Assembly: GCA_963847445.1 (NCBI GenBank)
Contig: CAWJZV010000017.1
Location: 1 to 64,000, forward strand
Source: an uncultured delta proteobacterium
GTDB taxonomy: Bacteria; Desulfobacterota; Binatia; UBA9968
Length of the DNA: 64,000 nucleotides
Direction of reading: 5' to 3'
In this document: positions 42,526-52,236 of the stretch, piece by piece
How the letters are laid out: each line of letters begins with the position of its first letter
How positions within the stretch are numbered: the stretch's first letter is position 1
Translations under genes and position numbers: made by a program
The notes under the pieces: model-generated
What the model saw: only the letters and a program-made list of their open reading frames with translations
Told to the model about the DNA's origin: nothing
The model's database searches: none

Positions 42526-43518
42526 ATGAGAAGATTACGATCAGTTCTATCGCCGGTGATTACGGCAGCGGGTGTCTTGGCTCTGTCGGGTGTCGGCTTG
42601 GCTCAGACACCGAGTGGTTCGCACCGTGAGGCGAGCGCCAGGGCGCATGAATTCATGTCCAGTGCGCCTTGTCCACTGGCCAGGGTTACCAAAGAGAAAA
42701 TTACCGAGGAACAAGCGCGAGATCTGGCCCAAGGGTTTGCGGACAAAAACTGGAACGGCTTCAAAGTGGTGCGGCCGCTCAGCTACGGCGGCGGCTATAC
42801 TACCATGTGCTACCAGACAGCCAGCGCCTTTGTCGCACCTCCTCTAGCGGGCAACGCCGCGCCGGCACGTCCTCTAGCAGCCAACGCCGCGCCGACACGC
42901 CCTCTGGTCCTATACTCCGTCGAGTATTCCATGGACCTGAAAAATCCCGCGGGTGAAACGCGCAATCTTTGCGTCGATCAGTACGGATTCATCACGGAGT
43001 TCTGCGGCGATTTCGCCATGGCGGGCGCAACCGGTCCGATCGGCCCAGCTGGCGCGATGGGCCCTGCCGGCCCCATGGGAGCGCAAGGTCCAGCCGGAAC
43101 AGCGGGCGCGCAAGGTCAATTGGGCTCGGTAGGCCCCCAAGCCCAATCTGGCGCGGCAAAGCCATGGTCCACGTTCAGGGATTTCTTGTTCGATTTCGAT
43201 AAGTCGGAGATTCGATCTAACGAGACCAAGCATGTAACTGACATCGCGGCCTACATGAAGCAGCATCCAGCCGTCAATGTCGGAATCGACGGTCACACTG
43301 ATCCGCGCGGCACCGATGCTTTCAACCAAGGGCTGAGCGAGCGGCGTGTCAACGCCATTAGCGAGGCGCTGGTTAATGCCGGAGTGTCCGCAAGCAGGAT
43401 CAAGACAGGCGCCTTCGGTGAGTCGCAGCCCAAGTGCAGTGCGCCCACCGAGCCTTGCTGGCAGAGCGACCGCCGCGTCGAGGTGCTGATCGGCAACGCG
43501 CAAACAGCAAGCAGATAA
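42526..43518 (+). CDS. Secreted OmpA-family protein with collagen-like G-X-Y linker
   Basis: Signal peptide; GATGPIGPAGAMGPAGPMGAQGPAG; FDFDKS, GHTDPRG..FNQGLSERR, DRRVE. Confidence 0.85.
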   Translation: MRRLRSVLSPVITAAGVLALSGVGLAQTPSGSHREASARAHEFMSSAPCPLARVTKEKITEEQARDLAQGFADKNWNGFKVVRPLSYGGGYTTMCYQTASAFVAPPLAGNAAPARPLAANAAPTRPLVLYSVEYSMDLKNPAGETRNLCVDQYGFITEFCGDFAMAGATGPIGPAGAMGPAGPMGAQGPAGTAGAQGQLGSVGPQAQSGAAKPWSTFRDFLFDFDKSEIRSNETKHVTDIAAYMKQHPAVNVGIDGHTDPRGTDAFNQGLSERRVNAISEALVNAGVSASRIKTGAFGESQPKCSAPTEPCWQSDRRVEVLIGNAQTASR

Positions 43519-43575
43519 CCGGCAAATTCACTCACTCTGGCGCGGCAAGTCTTAAGGTCAGAGAGGCAAACCGAC

Positions 43576-43613
43576 GAAGGACCCCCGATGCCAACTGGCC
43601 TCGGGGGTCCTTC
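43576..43613 (+). terminator. Stem-loop between the OmpA gene and the kinase
   Basis: gaaggacccccga / tcgggggtccttc 13-bp stem; weak U tract. Confidence 0.55.
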
Positions 43614-43651
43614 TGTATTAGGGTGTAATAGTGACTCTAAAGATTCCCTCC

Positions 43652-45367
43652 ATGCGCAGGATTTTTTTACCAAGCCACTTTCTCGTCTCCGGTCTGCTAC
43701 TTCTCGTCTTGGCCGCACTCTATGTTTTTTTTCAGGCGCGCAGCCTCAAGCACGCATTCCTGATACAGACTGAGAACAAAGGAGTCGCGGTGGCCAAGGC
43801 GATGGAGGCTAGTGTTAGAAGTGCCATCGTTGGCAACGCGCTCTTGGAGGATCTGATCGGGCAGCGTCTTTTCGACAATGCCCGCTTGATCGACCAACTG
43901 CTGCGCGCTCGGGATGTGGATGAGGCGCTGCTTAAACAGATCAGCGCCATGAACCGCTTGCAAAAAATCGATCTGCTCAATCAGGAGGGCCAACCGTGGG
44001 ACCTCGTAGCATTGTCGGCATCGATGGCAATGGCAAGGGTTGGCTATGACGTCTCTCAGCGCCAACAAATGAAAACAGTGGTATGGGGAAAACGTTGGCA
44101 GTTGGCCAACGGAAGTGACAAAAATACCGGCGCCGAGCCGCCGGCTAGAATCAAGCAAAAGGATTTCTGGAAAGGCAGCGCTTTTGGCGCTGCCGTCGGT
44201 GCCCGCAGCTTCCCCGGCATCATCGCGGTCCACGCCAACGCCGACTATATATTGAACTTCGAGAAAGAGATCGGAGTGCAAACTCAGATCGAGAATCTGG
44301 GCAAACATTCAGACAGTGAGTTCATCGCTTTCCTCGATAGCAATTTGAATGTCGTCGCCCATACCGACCGGGGCCGTATCGGACAGCAGGAAAAAGACCC
44401 GCTGCTTGGGAGGGTGAAGGCGAACGGTAAGCCTTTCGGCCAGGTCGTCGTGCGCAGCGACGGAAAACGCTACTTCGAGGTGGTGGAACCTGTGGCGAAT
44501 TTGGGTTTCCTCAAGATCGGTCTGTCGGTGCAATCGATGGAGGCCGCGTGGCAGAACAGCTTGCAGGCCATCGTCATTTTGGGCATGGCAATTGTCGCCG
44601 CGGGCATTCTCGGCATGGCGGCGATTTTCCATAACCAGAACTCGCATCTGCAAGAGGTCAAAGCTTTGGAAATCGAAGTGTTACGCAGAGAACGCCTTGC
44701 GGCGCTGGGAAACGTAGCGGCCACCGTCGCCCACGAGGTCAGAAACCCGCTCAATGCCATTTCGATGGGACTGCAACGTCTCAAGTTGGAATTTCAACCG
44801 ACTGAGGATCGCGATCAATACTCCCGTCTGACCGAGCTGATGTTGGGGGAATCGCGTCGCATCAATTCCATTGTCGAACAATTCCTCTCGCTGGCGCGTC
44901 CAGTCGAACTCAAAACCGAATCCTTGCCGCTGCAAGAAGTTCTCAAAGAGTTGGCGGCATTGGAAGAACGACACGCTCGGCAATCCAACGTGCGAATCGA
45001 AATTATCGCTGCGCGTGATCTGCCGGCGCTCAAGGCGGACCCCAGCCACCTTACCCAAGTTTTGCTGAATCTTATGCTTAATGGCATACAAGCGATGCCG
45101 CAAGGTGGAACCCTGACCCTGGAAGCGAAAAGGTCGAACGGTAACATTCTCATCGCCGTGACCGATACCGGAACTGGGATCGCGCCAGAACACGAGGGGC
45201 GAATTTTTGACCCTTACTTCACGACCAAGGTGCAGGGCACCGGGCTGGGTCTGGCGATTTCGCGCCGGCTTATCGAAGCTCACGGCGGAACGATTAAGGT
45301 TGCTAACCAAGCGAGCGGCGGAAGTCGCTTCGAAATTTCCTTGCCGCTCAACCGCGTGGAGGTGTAA
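43652..45367 (+). CDS. Membrane sensor histidine kinase (NtrB/ZraS-like)
   Basis: Two TMs; AHEVRNPL; N, G1, F and G2 boxes. Confidence 0.9.
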   Translation: MRRIFLPSHFLVSGLLLLVLAALYVFFQARSLKHAFLIQTENKGVAVAKAMEASVRSAIVGNALLEDLIGQRLFDNARLIDQLLRARDVDEALLKQISAMNRLQKIDLLNQEGQPWDLVALSASMAMARVGYDVSQRQQMKTVVWGKRWQLANGSDKNTGAEPPARIKQKDFWKGSAFGAAVGARSFPGIIAVHANADYILNFEKEIGVQTQIENLGKHSDSEFIAFLDSNLNVVAHTDRGRIGQQEKDPLLGRVKANGKPFGQVVVRSDGKRYFEVVEPVANLGFLKIGLSVQSMEAAWQNSLQAIVILGMAIVAAGILGMAAIFHNQNSHLQEVKALEIEVLRRERLAALGNVAATVAHEVRNPLNAISMGLQRLKLEFQPTEDRDQYSRLTELMLGESRRINSIVEQFLSLARPVELKTESLPLQEVLKELAALEERHARQSNVRIEIIAARDLPALKADPSHLTQVLLNLMLNGIQAMPQGGTLTLEAKRSNGNILIAVTDTGTGIAPEHEGRIFDPYFTTKVQGTGLGLAISRRLIEAHGGTIKVANQASGGSRFEISLPLNRVEV

Positions 45368-46789
45368 ATGCTCAATCGTTTTCATATTCTGATCGTCGAC
45401 GATGAACCGGTGCAACGCGAATTGGTTGGCGGCTTTCTCAAAAAACAAGGCTTTGAAGTGACCCTAGCCGATAGTGCTGAGAGAGCCTTGGAACTCTTTC
45501 GTCAGGACGCCTTTGATCTGATCCTGACCGATCAAAGGATGGCAAACATGTCGGGCTTGGATTTGCTGCAAGCCGTGCACACCATCAATCCGGAAACGCC
45601 GGTCATATTAGTTACGGCGTACGGCACTATCGAAGCGGCGGTCGCCGCCCTCAAGCAGGGCGCCGTCGATTACTTGACCAAACCGGTGAATTTGGAGGAA
45701 CTGCTGCAGCGCATTCGACAGGTGAGCGACCGCTACCGAATCATCAACGAGAACCGCGAGCTGCGGGAAGCGTTGGGCGAACGCCATCGCATCGAAGGGA
45801 TTATCGGCGAAAGCGGGCAAATGCTTGAGGTCCTCTCTTTGGTGCGCCGGGCGGCGCCAAGTGAAGCAACCGTTTTGATCCGGGGTGAGAGCGGCACGGG
45901 AAAAGAGCTGATTGCCCAAGCCATTCATTTTGCCAGCCCAAGGGCGCGCGCTCCTCTCGTCAAGGTCAACTGCGCGGCGCTTCCCGAAGCGCTTCTCGAA
46001 TCGGAATTGTTCGGCCACGAAAAAGGCGCCTTTACCGGCGCTATAGCGTCACGCCAAGGGCGCTTTGAGCTGGCCAATGGCGGCACACTGTTTCTCGACG
46101 AAATCGGCGACCTGCCATTGCACTTGCAGGCGAAGCTCCTGCGCGTGTTGCAGGAGCGGGAATACGAGAAGGTCGGCTCCAGCCGTTCGGTCAAGGTCAA
46201 CGTCAGGATCCTGGCTGCCAGCCATCGGCCCCTGGAGGCACTCCTAAAAGCCGGACAGTTGCGCGAAGATCTCTACTACCGGCTCAATGTCGTCACGATA
46301 CTCCTGCCACCGTTGCGCGAGAGACGCTCGGATCTTGCGCTGCTGATCGACCACTTCGTCAAGCGATTCGCGGCGAAGAACGGCAAGACGATCAGCGGCC
46401 TTACCGCTGAAGGCCGGGATATTCTTTTGCGCTACGACTATCCGGGAAATGTCCGTGAGCTGGAAAATATTATCGAGCGCGCGGTGGTCCTGACCAGGGA
46501 TGATGTGATCGGCAGTAGTGATTTACCTGTCACTGTCCAAGAAAAGGAAGCAGAGGATGATCACGAAGCCAACCTTGCGGTCGCAGTCGAACGGCTCGAG
46601 CGCCGCATGATACGGGAAGCGCTGGCCCGCTTCGAAGGGGTCCAGACGCGCGCCGCGGAACTACTGGGAATGAGTGAACGGGCGCTGCGCTATAAACTGA
46701 CAAAATACGGCTTTCGGGAGGAAGCCTCAGATACCGATTCCGAGCCGCAAGTTCCAGCCGCCGAAAAAAGTGCTGAATCAGAGGATTGA
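45368..46789 (+). CDS. sigma54-dependent response regulator (NtrC-family bEBP)
   Basis: REC; GESGTGKE, ESELFGHEKGAFTGA, YPGNVREL; Fis-type HTH. Confidence 0.95.
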   Translation: MLNRFHILIVDDEPVQRELVGGFLKKQGFEVTLADSAERALELFRQDAFDLILTDQRMANMSGLDLLQAVHTINPETPVILVTAYGTIEAAVAALKQGAVDYLTKPVNLEELLQRIRQVSDRYRIINENRELREALGERHRIEGIIGESGQMLEVLSLVRRAAPSEATVLIRGESGTGKELIAQAIHFASPRARAPLVKVNCAALPEALLESELFGHEKGAFTGAIASRQGRFELANGGTLFLDEIGDLPLHLQAKLLRVLQEREYEKVGSSRSVKVNVRILAASHRPLEALLKAGQLREDLYYRLNVVTILLPPLRERRSDLALLIDHFVKRFAAKNGKTISGLTAEGRDILLRYDYPGNVRELENIIERAVVLTRDDVIGSSDLPVTVQEKEAEDDHEANLAVAVERLERRMIREALARFEGVQTRAAELLGMSERALRYKLTKYGFREEASDTDSEPQVPAAEKSAESED

Positions 46790-46838
46790 ACTACCCTGCA
46801 GCAAGCTGGGGGGAAGCGAACGCATTTCGGGTGAACTT

Positions 46839-46917
46839 GTCGGGTGGTTGGAGGCGCGAAGCGCCGATACTCACCGTTCGGAATGATGGGTATCGCTAGC
46901 GCTCCACCCATCCTACG
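46839..46917. repeat. Inverted REP-like doublet (GTAG family)
   Basis: Minus strand cgtaggatgggtggagcgctagcgatacccatc facing plus strand gtcgggtggttggaggcgcgaagcgccgatactcacc; flanked by gcaagctg palindromic remnants at about 46793 and 46928. Confidence 0.65.
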
Positions 46918-47056
46918 TCGGAATCACACGGCAAGCTGCGGAGAATTAACCCGTAGCGACGAAATTAATTTGTCCTGAGAATGCGGGAATGACATGCTGC
47001 GGTTGTCAAAAAAGAAAAATTTGCCAGACTCGTTAGCTCAGTTCAGCGTTATCGGT

Positions 47057-48923
47057 TCAGCTGCCAGTTCCTACCGTCGGCTGCAATTCCACCAGCAGTT
47101 TCATCAGGGCGGTGAGATCCACCGGCTTGACCATGTGGCCATTGAACCCGGCCGCTTTGGACTTTTGCCGGTCTTCGTCCTGACCCCAACCGGTCAAGGC
47201 CACGATCACGATGTTCTTGCCCCACGGCTGTTCGCGTATTTTACGGGCCGCTTCATAGCCGTTCAACTTCGGCAAGCCAATGTCGAGCAGGACCACGTCG
47301 GCTCGGAACGTCAGCGCCGCTTCTACCGCCTCGAGGCCGTCGTATGCGGTGTGGGTCTCGTTGCCGGTCAGGTACAACAGTCGCGCCAGAGAGTCTGCCG
47401 ATAACCGGTTGTCATCGACAACGAGGATGCGGCAGGGTGTCATGGTCGTCGGCGCACTGACGGTCGGCTGTGGCGGCGGCGGTTGCGCTGTTTCAAGTGT
47501 TTCAATGACCGGCAGACGCACGACGAACTCACTGCCCTGACCGACACCGGCACTGTGGACCGACACCGTGCCGGCGTGCATCTCCACCAAGTTTTTCACC
47601 ACCGTCAGACCGATGCCCAAGCCGCCTACCGAACGCTTCAGAGAGGTATCGACCTGCGTGAACATGTCGAAGATGTGGGGAAGCTCGCCGGCGGCGATGC
47701 CGATACCGTTGTCGCGCACGCGGATGACGGCAAACGGAGTGGCGCGTGGCGAGTGCTGAGTGGCGAGTTTCAGAGCTTCGCTTCCAGCGCCCGCCGAAGC
47801 CCCGAGAGCATTCGACTGATTTCGTCCGACATCTTCAGGAGCGAGATCGCCACTTGCCATACCTTGAGCTCGCGATAATGCTGCACGGTCATCGCGAAAT
47901 TCTCCCTTCTTTTCCTACTCACCACTTGCCGCTCGACACTCACCACTAATTCAATGCGACCGCCCTTGTCGGTGAACTTGTTGGCGTTGTTCAAGAGGTT
48001 GCCCAACACCTGAGCCAGCCGGGTCGGGTCGGCGTTCAAGTAGATAGGCTGCGGCGGCAGCGTGATGGTCAATGCTTGTTCAGCCGACTCCATCGCCGGG
48101 CGGCTCGCTTCGACCGCGTGGCGCACGACCGACGCCAGTTCGACCCGCCCCCTGCGGAGTTCGATAGTGCCCCGGCTGATGCGGCTCACGTCGAGCAAAT
48201 CGTCCACCAGCCGCACCATCTCGCCGACCTGACGTTCCATCATCTCAGTCGCTGCATGGACGGACTGTTCATCTCCGGGTGCCAGCCGCATGATTTGCAG
48301 GGCGTTCGAGATCGGCGCGAGCGGGTTCCGGAGCTCGTGGGCCAGCATCGCCAAGAACTCGTTTTTGCGGCGGTCGGCGTCAAACATATTGGCGGCGTAT
48401 TGTCGCAAGTCGTCGGACAGCTGCATGCGCTTGGAGACGTCGATGAAATAGCAAACCACGCCGTACTGTCCATCGGGCAGGTTAATGCGATGGATCTGCC
48501 AGTCGTAGCATTCTCTTACCTTGCGGTCGTAGCGCACTTCGGAGAATTCAATGGCTACGTGCGGCTCGCCGGTTTCCAGGGTGTGCCGGAAACGAGCGAC
48601 GATCTCGTCGGCGGATTCGGCCGGCCAGAGGATGTGGATGACTTCGACAAAGTCTCTGCCGATCAGCTTCGCCGATGTCGCCGAAGACTGGACGAGCCTG
48701 TCCGGCTCATCTGACGGATGCGCAGATCCGCGTCCACCAGGTACATGCCGACCGGGGAGGCGTCAAAGACGGCCTCGAACCGGGCGTTGCTCTCGCGTAG
48801 CGCAGCCTCGGCCTTCTGGGCCTGCTCGGTCAGCTCGTGCTGGCGGACCGAGGAGATCAGCAGCGCCTCGTTTATTTCGCGCAGTTGCTGTTCCATGGTC
48901 ATAGGGGTGCCGGTGCTCTTCAT
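47057..48923 (-). CDS. PAS-histidine kinase-receiver hybrid, interrupted and frameshifted
   Basis: PAS (FDASPVGMYLVD), FLAMLAHELRNPL, NLLNNANKFT, VRDNGIG, GGLGIGL, REC LLDIGLP. Confidence 0.85.
47737..47947 (-). mobile_element. Heptamer-repeat hairpin element carrying an internally deleted four-helix-bundle gene (47770..47892)
   Basis: Inverted GAGTGGY heptamer arms (47737-47768 / 47917-47947); RBS AAGGGAG + MTVQHYRELKVWQVAI..SDEISRMLSGLRRAL. Confidence 0.7.
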
Positions 48924-48943
48924 TTCGTGTTCCTTCCGGGCTT

Positions 48944-50514
48944 TTAGCGCTTGCGAGGGCGGGGCTGAGAGCCTTTCCGGGGAGGCCGGCCGGTTCGCGG
49001 TCCGGGATCATTCTTCCCTGACTCCAAGGACCACGGGCCGGGGATGCCGCTGGTCAGGGCGCGGTAGCCCCGCATCGGCTCGCCGATCACCAGGCCCTTG
49101 GCGGTGATCTCGTACTCGCACATGTCGATGCTGTGCCGGCTGCGGCGCATCTTCACCACCAGCAGCATCTTGCGCAGTTGGCCGTTGATCGAGACGTAGC
49201 GCAGGCGCACGATGTCGTCGGCCAGGAACGAGATGGTGAAGTTGCTGAGGCCCATCGAGGTGAAGTTCTCCTCGACCTCGACGGTGCTGACGATGGTCAC
49301 GCCCAGCCGTGTGAGCGCCCCGATCATGCGGTAGAGCGACTCGCGAAAATCGGTGCGGAAGCCGGGGGCCAGCGCCATCTCGAAGCCGACCAGCGAGTCG
49401 ATGACCAGCCGCTTGCAGCCGATCTCTTTGACCGCGTTGACGATTTCGTGCACCGTCTCATCCACCGAGAGGTCGAGCGGCCGCAGGTAGATGATCTTGA
49501 GCGTGCCGTCCTTCTGGGGCGTGTCGAAGTCGAAGCCGAACGAGGCGGCCCGCTGCATGTACTCGGCGGGAAGCTCCTCGAAGATGGCGACGATCCCCGG
49601 CTCGCCCCGGCGCAGACCCTCGGCGATGAATTGGATGCCGAGCACCGATTTGCCCGCTCCGGAGGGTCCGGCCACGAGCAGGCTGTCGCCTTCGGGGATG
49701 CCGCCGCCCATCAGCGCGTCGAGTTCGCCGACGCCGGTGGAAAGCCGCCGCCGGCCCTTGACGTGGTCCGACTTCTGCCGGCGAGGCCGAAGGTGCGCGG
49801 GAAGGTCTGCAGGCCGTGCGTCGGTGATGCGGAAGGTGTGCAGGCCGGGCACGGACTCCTGGCCGCGCAGCTTCATGACCTGCATCTTGCGCACGATCGA
49901 GTTGCGCTCGACGCTCTGGTAGAGCCAGAACAGCCCGTCGGCCACGGTGAAGACCGGGTTGTCGCGCAGCTCGCCTTCGACGTACTCGCCGATCAGGAAC
50001 GTGGTGGCCTGCCAACTGGTCAGGTGCAGCGCCAGGCGCTGGACGAAGCCCTGGAGCTCCATTTCGCTGGCGCTGGCTGAGCGCCTTGCGCACCACGGTG
50101 CGGAACGAATCCACCACGACGATGCTCGCCTTGGACGCCTCGACCTCCTTGATGATCGCATCGAGGACCGCGCCGAGGTCCTGCTCCAGGACGACCTGGC
50201 TGAGGTTGACGAAGCGGATCGCTCCGTCCAGCTTGGCATGCGTCGAAGAACGTGAACTGCTGCTGGTAGCGCAGCATCTTGATGGCCGGCTCGCCGAGCA
50301 CGGTGAAGTACAGCGCCGGCCGCTCCGGCGTGGCGTTGGCGAACATGATCTGATGCGCCAGCGTGGTCTTGCCGCACCCGGGAGCGCCGGCGATGATGTT
50401 GAAGGAGTACTCGGGCAGGCCGCCGCCGAGGATTTCATCGAGGCCCGGCACGCCGGTGGGCAGTTGCCGAATGATCACTCGACCTTGCCTTGATCTTGTC
50501 CTGTGCGTGCTCAT
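48944..50514 (-). CDS. KaiC/RAD55-like double ATPase (multiple frameshifts)
   Basis: TGVPGLDEILGGG..GAPGCGKT; second domain STGVGELDALMGGG..GPSGAGKS, VVKMR. Confidence 0.85.
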
Positions 50515-50531
50515 GAATTAGTCTCGATTCT

Positions 50532-50943
50532 TTATAATGCTATTCGTCCAACGATAGCGTCGGGCCAAGCCTCGCGCACCAGGCGCAGCGTGAGGGTTCG
50601 CCGATGAAAGTGACCAGCAGCCCGAGCAAATGGGCGGTGATCGCGACCGCCGCCTCGGGTCCAGCGTTCGTCGCTGTCACCTGCGAGCACTTCAAGTCCT
50701 TCCAGGGAGCAGTCGGGCTTGAGCTTTACGGTTTGCAGTGAAGGGACTTCCGCGCGGGCCAGAGCCAGCGCCCGCCGCAGGAGCGACTTGAAGCCGTCTG
50801 AACCGGCGAATCGCGTCAGCGAAATCCGCAGCTTGTCGCACACACGCACCGCTTCAGGGACGATGCGCACCGGTGGCGCTCTGGCTCGCTGCTTCCAAAG
50901 CCACCAATCGCCGGGCCAAGTTTCCCATCGATGCAGATGACAT
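50532..50943 (-). CDS. Hypothetical protein upstream of the KaiC-like gene (frameshifted)
   Basis: MSSASMGNLARRLVALEA..VRVCDKLRISLTRFAGSDGFKSLLRRAL..LTLRLVREAWP. Confidence 0.65.
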
Positions 50944-51186
50944 ATTGATTATTAAACTAGTGTATCAGGGCAATTCACGCAGCCGACGCGTTAGATGTTA
51001 TTACCGCGGGAATATTCAAAGCTGTTTTCATGTTGGCTTAGGGCGCTCGGCGTTTTAGCTTGGATCGAATTTCTTCTGACTGCGTAATCGTTTACGGGCG
51101 GTCTCACCCCGCTTCTACCTGTAGAAAAAAAGCGCTCGCGAGTCAACGCGCGAGGTACGAGTTTGGCAATTTGTCTTTTTTGAAAC

Positions 51187-51202
51187 CGTCTAATTTTAGA
51201 CA
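51187..51202. promoter_or_regulatory. Crp-family box
   Basis: CGTCT-aatttt-AGACA upstream of 51286. Confidence 0.65.
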
Positions 51203-51285
51203 GCAATCCTTTTCAAGCAGCGTAAATGTATCAAGCCAGGCTCGATATTTTTGTCGCGATGGTTAGCGACTGGTTCGGAGGATAT

Positions 51286-51756
51286 ATGTTGATGCCGAGG
51301 AAAATACTGATTGTCGAAGACCGCGCCGATGTTCGCGATCTTCTCGGAGAGGCGCTAACCCTCTTGGGCTGGGAGACCATCCTCGCCGAGAGCGACCGGG
51401 AAGCGCTGGACAAACTTGAAAGCGAAATACCGAACGTCATTCTACTGAACATGCGAAAGCCGGAGAAGAACGGAATCAAGCTGGCAGCATCGCTCAAAGC
51501 ACATCCTGCTTACAAAAATATACCGATTCTTGCCGCGAGCGGGCAATCCCGTGGAGTGAGCCGAGAACGTTGTCTGGCGCTCGGCTTTGACGATTTCATT
51601 GCTAAACCGCTCGTGCTTCCCGAGCTCGAAATGCGCCTTACGAATATTTTGTCTGTGGAGAGACGAAAAACAATACGAGCAACAAGCCCTGTGAATCTCG
51701 AAACTAATCGCCGCGAACCAAGTTCGCGGGGCGCCAGTCGTCGGAGGGTCGCTTAG
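51286..51756 (+). CDS. Single-domain receiver protein lacking the phospho-Asp
   Basis: ILIVED...VILLNMRKP (D to N)...DFIAKP. Confidence 0.8.
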   Translation: MLMPRKILIVEDRADVRDLLGEALTLLGWETILAESDREALDKLESEIPNVILLNMRKPEKNGIKLAASLKAHPAYKNIPILAASGQSRGVSRERCLALGFDDFIAKPLVLPELEMRLTNILSVERRKTIRATSPVNLETNRREPSSRGASRRRVA

Positions 51757-51808
51757 TTATCGGTGTCAGATCGGCTATGTTCTGCGATGATGGAGCCGCA
51801 TGGAAGAA

Positions 51809-51995
51809 AAAAATCTCCCCTAGCCCCTCTTTTCCAAAGAGGGGAACCCGAAAACTCGCCGCGTCGCGAGCGGTTAATCTGAGTTTGTTGTGTATTTGAC
51901 ACCAGCCGTGTCCAGCCAAAACTTATGGATAATGATGAGTGTTTCAAAGGGGGATTGAAAGTCTCCCTTTGTAAAGGGAGATTTAGAGGGATTTT
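51809..51995. repeat. Inverted CCCCTTT-N-AAAGGGG palindromic elements (MITE/REP-like)
   Basis: aaaatctcccctagcccctcttttccaaagagggga ... tctccctttgtaaagggagatttagagggatttt. Confidence 0.7.
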
Positions 51996-52236
51996 TAACC
52001 TGCTTACACAACTTTGACGAAACCCTGGGAGATCTCATAGCGCCGACATCGACGTCGCCAGAAGCGTGAACGTCGTTTCAACTTATACTTTCACTCCGTC
52101 GCAGTTCCGCTGGCGCAACCCCATTATCGCTGCTTGAAGTTCCGACATCCGATTCGAGCCAAGCATTGCGACCCGGCACTTCTAAAGGTCTTCTCGCGCT
52201 GAGTTCAGTCGTATATAGTCGTGTCGAGGTCTTGGC

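Noticed and set aside
43518-43575. Possible c-di-GMP-I riboswitch (GGCAAA...GGCAAACC)
   Set aside because: The GAAA tetraloop stem and P2/P3 architecture are not found.
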